Shown here in pieces: positions 45,603 through 49,462 of a stretch of 49,462 nt of DNA. How positions within the stretch are numbered: the first letter of the stretch is position 1; the number at the start of each line of letters is the position of its first letter. The translations under genes and the position numbers were made by a program. This stretch comes from Candidatus Zhuqueibacterota bacterium. Lineage in GTDB: Bacteria; Zhuqueibacterota; Zhuqueibacteria; Residuimicrobiales; JAFGEC01. The notes below the pieces were generated by a model, which saw nothing but the letters and a program-made list of their open reading frames with translations, ran no database searches and was not told the origin of the DNA. The DNA lies in NCBI GenBank assembly GCA_016931775.1, contig JAFGEC010000238.1, positions 1 through 49,462 of the forward strand, in the 5' to 3' direction.

Positions 45603-48332
45603 ATGAGAGTTGTCACATTTTTACTTTTTATATCATCAGCGATTTTCGCCCAAAATATGATTGCCGATATACAACATCCGGTAGATACCGATTTTGGTGT
45701 TTATACACCACGGTCGGTAACAATTACACCCAATGCACCCGTCTGTGAATCCGGTGATAATTTGGAAAATGTCGTCAATCTAAGCGATTATGTACTTTCT
45801 GATATAGATACGGATTTATTAAAAAAGAACGGCTTTTTTGTTACTCCAGCCACCATGCTGCCCATTATTTCAAGAGCGTCCGGTTTTAACGAAATGTTCG
45901 ATATTTATAACGATTGCCGGGAAAGCGGTATTCCCATTTTTGTGACATCCGATGCGCTGCTGCACACCTTTCATCTCTGTTTTGACTACATTTTACGTAC
46001 CTGTGAGGAAAAACGGTTTTATGCCGATCTCGAATTATTATTACATTTACTTTTCGAAGTAACAATGGACCAATATGAAACAGCCACCGACAGTACGGTC
46101 CGGCAAGCCTGTCAGAGTAACATGAACTATTTAATCGTTGCCCTCAGGCTGCTGGATCCATCGTTTGTTGAACCCATTAACGGCGGTCCCTATATCGAAG
46201 AGTTGACACTCATTGAATCGGCTGCAGGATTTGCCGAATCACCCATCTTTGGCTACGATGAAGATTACTCCCAGTATATCCCGCGAGGCCATTATACCCG
46301 GACCGATTCTCTTAAACGGTATTTTAAAACCATGATGTGGCTGGGCCGAATGTCGTTTGCCTGTGAGCTGGTGGCCGATCCGGTCAGCCGTGATGCTACA
46401 CGCCGGGCTCTTCTACTGATACAGGCCATGCACCACCTAAAAGACAACGGTATCGGCTCCTTTCAACTTTGGGACAACATCTATCAACCGACCGTCTTTT
46501 TCGTCGGCAAAAGTGATGATATTACCATTGAAACATATTTTCCGATGGCAGAGGAACTATACAAGCTCGAATTATCACCGGATATTTTTGCGGATGATTC
46601 TCTATTAACCCAATTTTTGTTCAAGACTGAAAAACTGCCGGGCTCCGCCATCACTTATCCGGGCCAACCGTCCAAAGGATTCCGCTTTATGGGACAACGA
46701 TTTATACCCGATTCCTGGATTTTGGATGAACTGGTCTATACAAAAATACCCGATCGAATGATGCCCACCGGTCTGGATGTGATGATTGTTCTCGGCAGTG
46801 AAAAAGCATATGAATACCTGCCGCAACAGGACAAAGATAATGTATACTATAATATAAAACTGGACAGCCTGAAAAAAATATTTCGCTCCTATCCCTCTGA
46901 AATATGGGCCCAGAATGCCTATTGGAACTGGCTTTATTCTTTGATGCCGTTGCTGGCGGTAAAAGGTGCCGGTTACCCGGCATTTATGCAAAATGCAGCA
47001 TGGGTGGATAAGGATCTTTATGCGGCACTCGCGTCATGGGCGGAACTTCGTCATGATACGATATTGTATGCCAAACAAAGCGGAACCGACACCGGCATGG
47101 ATCCGTCTTCTTATGAGGTACAGGGATACGTCGAACCCAATCCCCATTTTTTTGGACGATTGGCGGCTTTAGCTGAATTTATGATGGAGGGATTAAACAA
47201 TAGAAACCTGTTGTTCGATCAGTTCAAAACATCCCTTGAAAAACTGTCCCGGCTTCTTGATACACTTAAAACAATTTCCGAAAAAGAACTAACCGGTATT
47301 TCCTTGAATAGCGATGAATATTTGACAATTTTTGAAATCGGCAAAGACCTCTACGACATCGTCACATTCGGACGGTGGCCCAGCGAAGGTCCGTTCCCCG
47401 GTATGGACGATCTTGAACCCATGCCGGTTGTCGCGGATGTTCACACGGAACCGTTTTCTGCAACAGTTCTGGAGGAAGGCGTCGGATACCCGTATGCCAT
47501 CTATGTGATCTGCAACATCGAAGGGCATCCGATTCTGGCCAAAGGAGCCGGCTTTTCCTATTATGAATTTACCTGGCCCATGAATGACCGCCTGACCGAT
47601 GAAAAATGGCGTGATATGCTGAAAAAAGGCGAACAACCGAAACGTCCGGAATGGACATCCAGTTTTATGTCTGAACCTGAAAGAGCGAATCCGGCCGCAG
47701 AATTTTATTCCTGGCGCAAACCCATGTCTGAATTCGTCAAAACAAATATTTCACCTGAAAAGCCTATCGCGGGAGACACGCTGACGGTTACCATGATATT
47801 TTCTAACTGGGAAAGTCAGGGACAGCCGGTCGTCGAACTTTATGACAGCCAAGGCGACAAACACAGTCCGCTTTCCGTTACGGTACAAGACAACAACCAG
47901 TCAAAATGGCTGGCGATATTTATGACCGCGACATTACCCGACGGAAGGACATATATCGATATAAATTACAATACAGGATATGGTACCCTGGAATACAGGA
48001 CCTCCGTTTTCATTCAGCCGGCAAGCAGAATTCATTCGGTTGCAACCAAACCGGAGGAAAAATACCTCTACCAGAACTATCCCAATCCGTTCAATCCGGT
48101 AACAACCATAAGATTCGATCTGCCTTACTCGAGCAACGTTGTGCTGGATATTTTTAATGTAAACGGGCGTCTGGTCAACCGGATCTGGGATGGCGATCTG
48201 GAATCCGGTTCACATTTTTTGGTGTGGAACGGCCGGGACAGAGAGAACAAAGTGCTGGGCACTGGCGTATATTTTTACCGCATGCGCACAGGTGATTATA
48301 TTTCTGTTAAGCAAATGTTATTATTAAAATAA
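45603..48332 (+). CDS. DUF3160 domain protein with C-terminal sorting domain
   Basis: FVTSDALLHTFH, DYSQY.PRGHYT, RFMGQRF..D, SWAELRHDTILYAKQ, GYVEP, VADVHT, RLTDE.W; QNYPNPFNP tail. Confidence 0.85.
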   Translation: MRVVTFLLFISSAIFAQNMIADIQHPVDTDFGVYTPRSVTITPNAPVCESGDNLENVVNLSDYVLSDIDTDLLKKNGFFVTPATMLPIISRASGFNEMFDIYNDCRESGIPIFVTSDALLHTFHLCFDYILRTCEEKRFYADLELLLHLLFEVTMDQYETATDSTVRQACQSNMNYLIVALRLLDPSFVEPINGGPYIEELTLIESAAGFAESPIFGYDEDYSQYIPRGHYTRTDSLKRYFKTMMWLGRMSFACELVADPVSRDATRRALLLIQAMHHLKDNGIGSFQLWDNIYQPTVFFVGKSDDITIETYFPMAEELYKLELSPDIFADDSLLTQFLFKTEKLPGSAITYPGQPSKGFRFMGQRFIPDSWILDELVYTKIPDRMMPTGLDVMIVLGSEKAYEYLPQQDKDNVYYNIKLDSLKKIFRSYPSEIWAQNAYWNWLYSLMPLLAVKGAGYPAFMQNAAWVDKDLYAALASWAELRHDTILYAKQSGTDTGMDPSSYEVQGYVEPNPHFFGRLAALAEFMMEGLNNRNLLFDQFKTSLEKLSRLLDTLKTISEKELTGISLNSDEYLTIFEIGKDLYDIVTFGRWPSEGPFPGMDDLEPMPVVADVHTEPFSATVLEEGVGYPYAIYVICNIEGHPILAKGAGFSYYEFTWPMNDRLTDEKWRDMLKKGEQPKRPEWTSSFMSEPERANPAAEFYSWRKPMSEFVKTNISPEKPIAGDTLTVTMIFSNWESQGQPVVELYDSQGDKHSPLSVTVQDNNQSKWLAIFMTATLPDGRTYIDINYNTGYGTLEYRTSVFIQPASRIHSVATKPEEKYLYQNYPNPFNPVTTIRFDLPYSSNVVLDIFNVNGRLVNRIWDGDLESGSHFLVWNGRDRENKVLGTGVYFYRMRTGDYISVKQMLLLK

Positions 48333-48342
48333 GGAGGCTAAA

Positions 48343-48801
48343 ATGAAACAAGCCATTTGTTTATTCTGTGTTATCGCATTAATGACAGGCTGCAGGGATC
48401 AAATTCCCATCGATCCACCTCCCGTGACGCCCGTTCAAGTTCGCATTATACTCGAAAAACTGGTGTTTTCACCGAACGAAAAAATAAACATAAAAATTGA
48501 AAACCGGGATATCGAACCGGTGTTTTTGGAGGGTTGCAGTGTTTTTTATATATCAGCGAAAAATGATACCGGCTGGAATCCACCGTCGCCGTTTCTGGTT
48601 TGTGTGTGGGAGGGTATTGCAAGACAGCTCGATCCCGGAGACATATATAAAGAAAAGCAGCAAATTAGCAATCCAGGAGTTTATAAGATAGCCGCACCGG
48701 TTTATTTCGGATGTGAATCCGATAAACCCATCAGCCAGGCAGGTTGCGGCCGGAGTGAGTTGATTTGGTCGCTTCCTCTGACAATCGTTGAAAATTTATA
48801 A
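48343..48801 (+). CDS. hypothetical lipoprotein (Ig-like, four mature-domain Cys)
   Basis: AAGGAGG RBS, lipobox MTGC, Pro-rich linker, beta-sandwich pattern with PGVYKI. Confidence 0.72.
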   Translation: MKQAICLFCVIALMTGCRDQIPIDPPPVTPVQVRIILEKLVFSPNEKINIKIENRDIEPVFLEGCSVFYISAKNDTGWNPPSPFLVCVWEGIARQLDPGDIYKEKQQISNPGVYKIAAPVYFGCESDKPISQAGCGRSELIWSLPLTIVENL

Positions 48802-48820
48802 AACGAAGAGGAGATTTACC

Positions 48821-49462
48821 ATGAAACGTTTGCTATTATTAATGATAATAATAACCTCTTTTTCTCATGCCTTTGCTTCCTTTTATGCTCGAAATTTGAC
48901 CAATCGGAATCATGACTGGTCAACGTTTGAAATGAAACAATTAAACTGCGAGATCGAGGTCTTTGGGCTGTTTTACCAGACAACAACCAGTTTTGAAATC
49001 GGCCTTGTTCCTACACGATGGGATTCGCCATACCCCGGAACTTATGAAATCGTATGGGATTTTGACCTCGTACAGGACGCAGTTATCACCGAATGCTGGA
49101 TTAAACCTGCCGGCAGTTCGGAATTTATCGCTGCTGAAATCATTGATCTGACCACTGCCGAAAAAAATTATCAAGAGCAATCCCGCACACGGCCGAAACT
49201 CCTGTTGCGCCACCGTTATCAACGTCAATGGGACGGTTCCATCATGAGAAGATTCCAAATGACGTTTGCACCTGTTACGCTTTCGCAAACGCCGGTCATA
49301 AAAATTCGTTACCTCTTGCCCTGCCTGCCCTATTACAACGTTCGCCGGCTATCAGTTCCTTTGAACGAATACAGTGCGTACGTTCAGTGCAGGCCTACAA
49401 TGTTTTTAACAGACCATGATAATCCCAATTTTATGCCGATAAATATCGCGAATGTTTACGCA
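48821..49462 (+). CDS. secreted protein with VIT-like domain, truncated by the window end (not in the ORF track)
   Basis: GAGGAG RBS then ATG 48821; open for 214 codons to the edge: MKRLLLLMIIITSFSHAFA signal peptide, YEIVWDFDLVQDAVITECWI...AAEIIDLTTAEKNYQE...PKLL. Confidence 0.75.
   Translation, partial: MKRLLLLMIIITSFSHAFASFYARNLTNRNHDWSTFEMKQLNCEIEVFGLFYQTTTSFEIGLVPTRWDSPYPGTYEIVWDFDLVQDAVITECWIKPAGSSEFIAAEIIDLTTAEKNYQEQSRTRPKLLLRHRYQRQWDGSIMRRFQMTFAPVTLSQTPVIKIRYLLPCLPYYNVRRLSVPLNEYSAYVQCRPTMFLTDHDNPNFMPINIANVYA

Noticed and set aside
48941-49419. Three short ORFs listed at the right edge
   Set aside because: They are shadows of the open frame starting at 48821, which has an RBS and signal peptide

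Overview
Bacterial chromosomal segment with dense coding and no rRNA, tRNA, CRISPR array, prophage or intact transposase that I can recognise. Seven secreted proteins end in a near-identical 'NYPNPFN...G.Y.Y' C-terminal sorting domain (T9SS type-A/FlgD-Ig-like). This points to an FCB-group lineage such as Calditrichota/KSB1/Ignavibacteria (inference). The left third (1-18.5 kb) is mostly housekeeping: manA, Nif3, PTS IIA, hisS, TrmH, nadB, an OMP-rhomboid-amidase operon, a radical SAM gene, RHH-sat-cysC, LiaF-like, trxB, greA and a short asparaginase. The middle (18.5-36 kb) encodes secreted enzymes: GH10, a sulfatase, DUF1080, a PilZ mini-operon, a CotH kinase with a partially duplicated LamG protein, a beta-propeller protein, and M1 and S8 peptidases. 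The right part has an ECF sigma/anti-sigma/YbjQ unit, a MacAB-like exporter with no ATPase gene but a SigW-like promoter, an SQR-DUF1641-TusE-DsrE sulfur-relay operon, and a lipoprotein/DUF3160/VIT surface cluster that runs off the window edge. The strongest leads are the CotH kinase + duplicated LamG locus with two orphan anti-SD complements and a REP-like 3' hairpin, the SQR/TusE/DsrE operon, the RHH('LGY')-sat-cysC unit, a promoter enclosed by inverted repeats, and a greA leader terminator. All family calls come from recognising motifs by eye; no database search was run.
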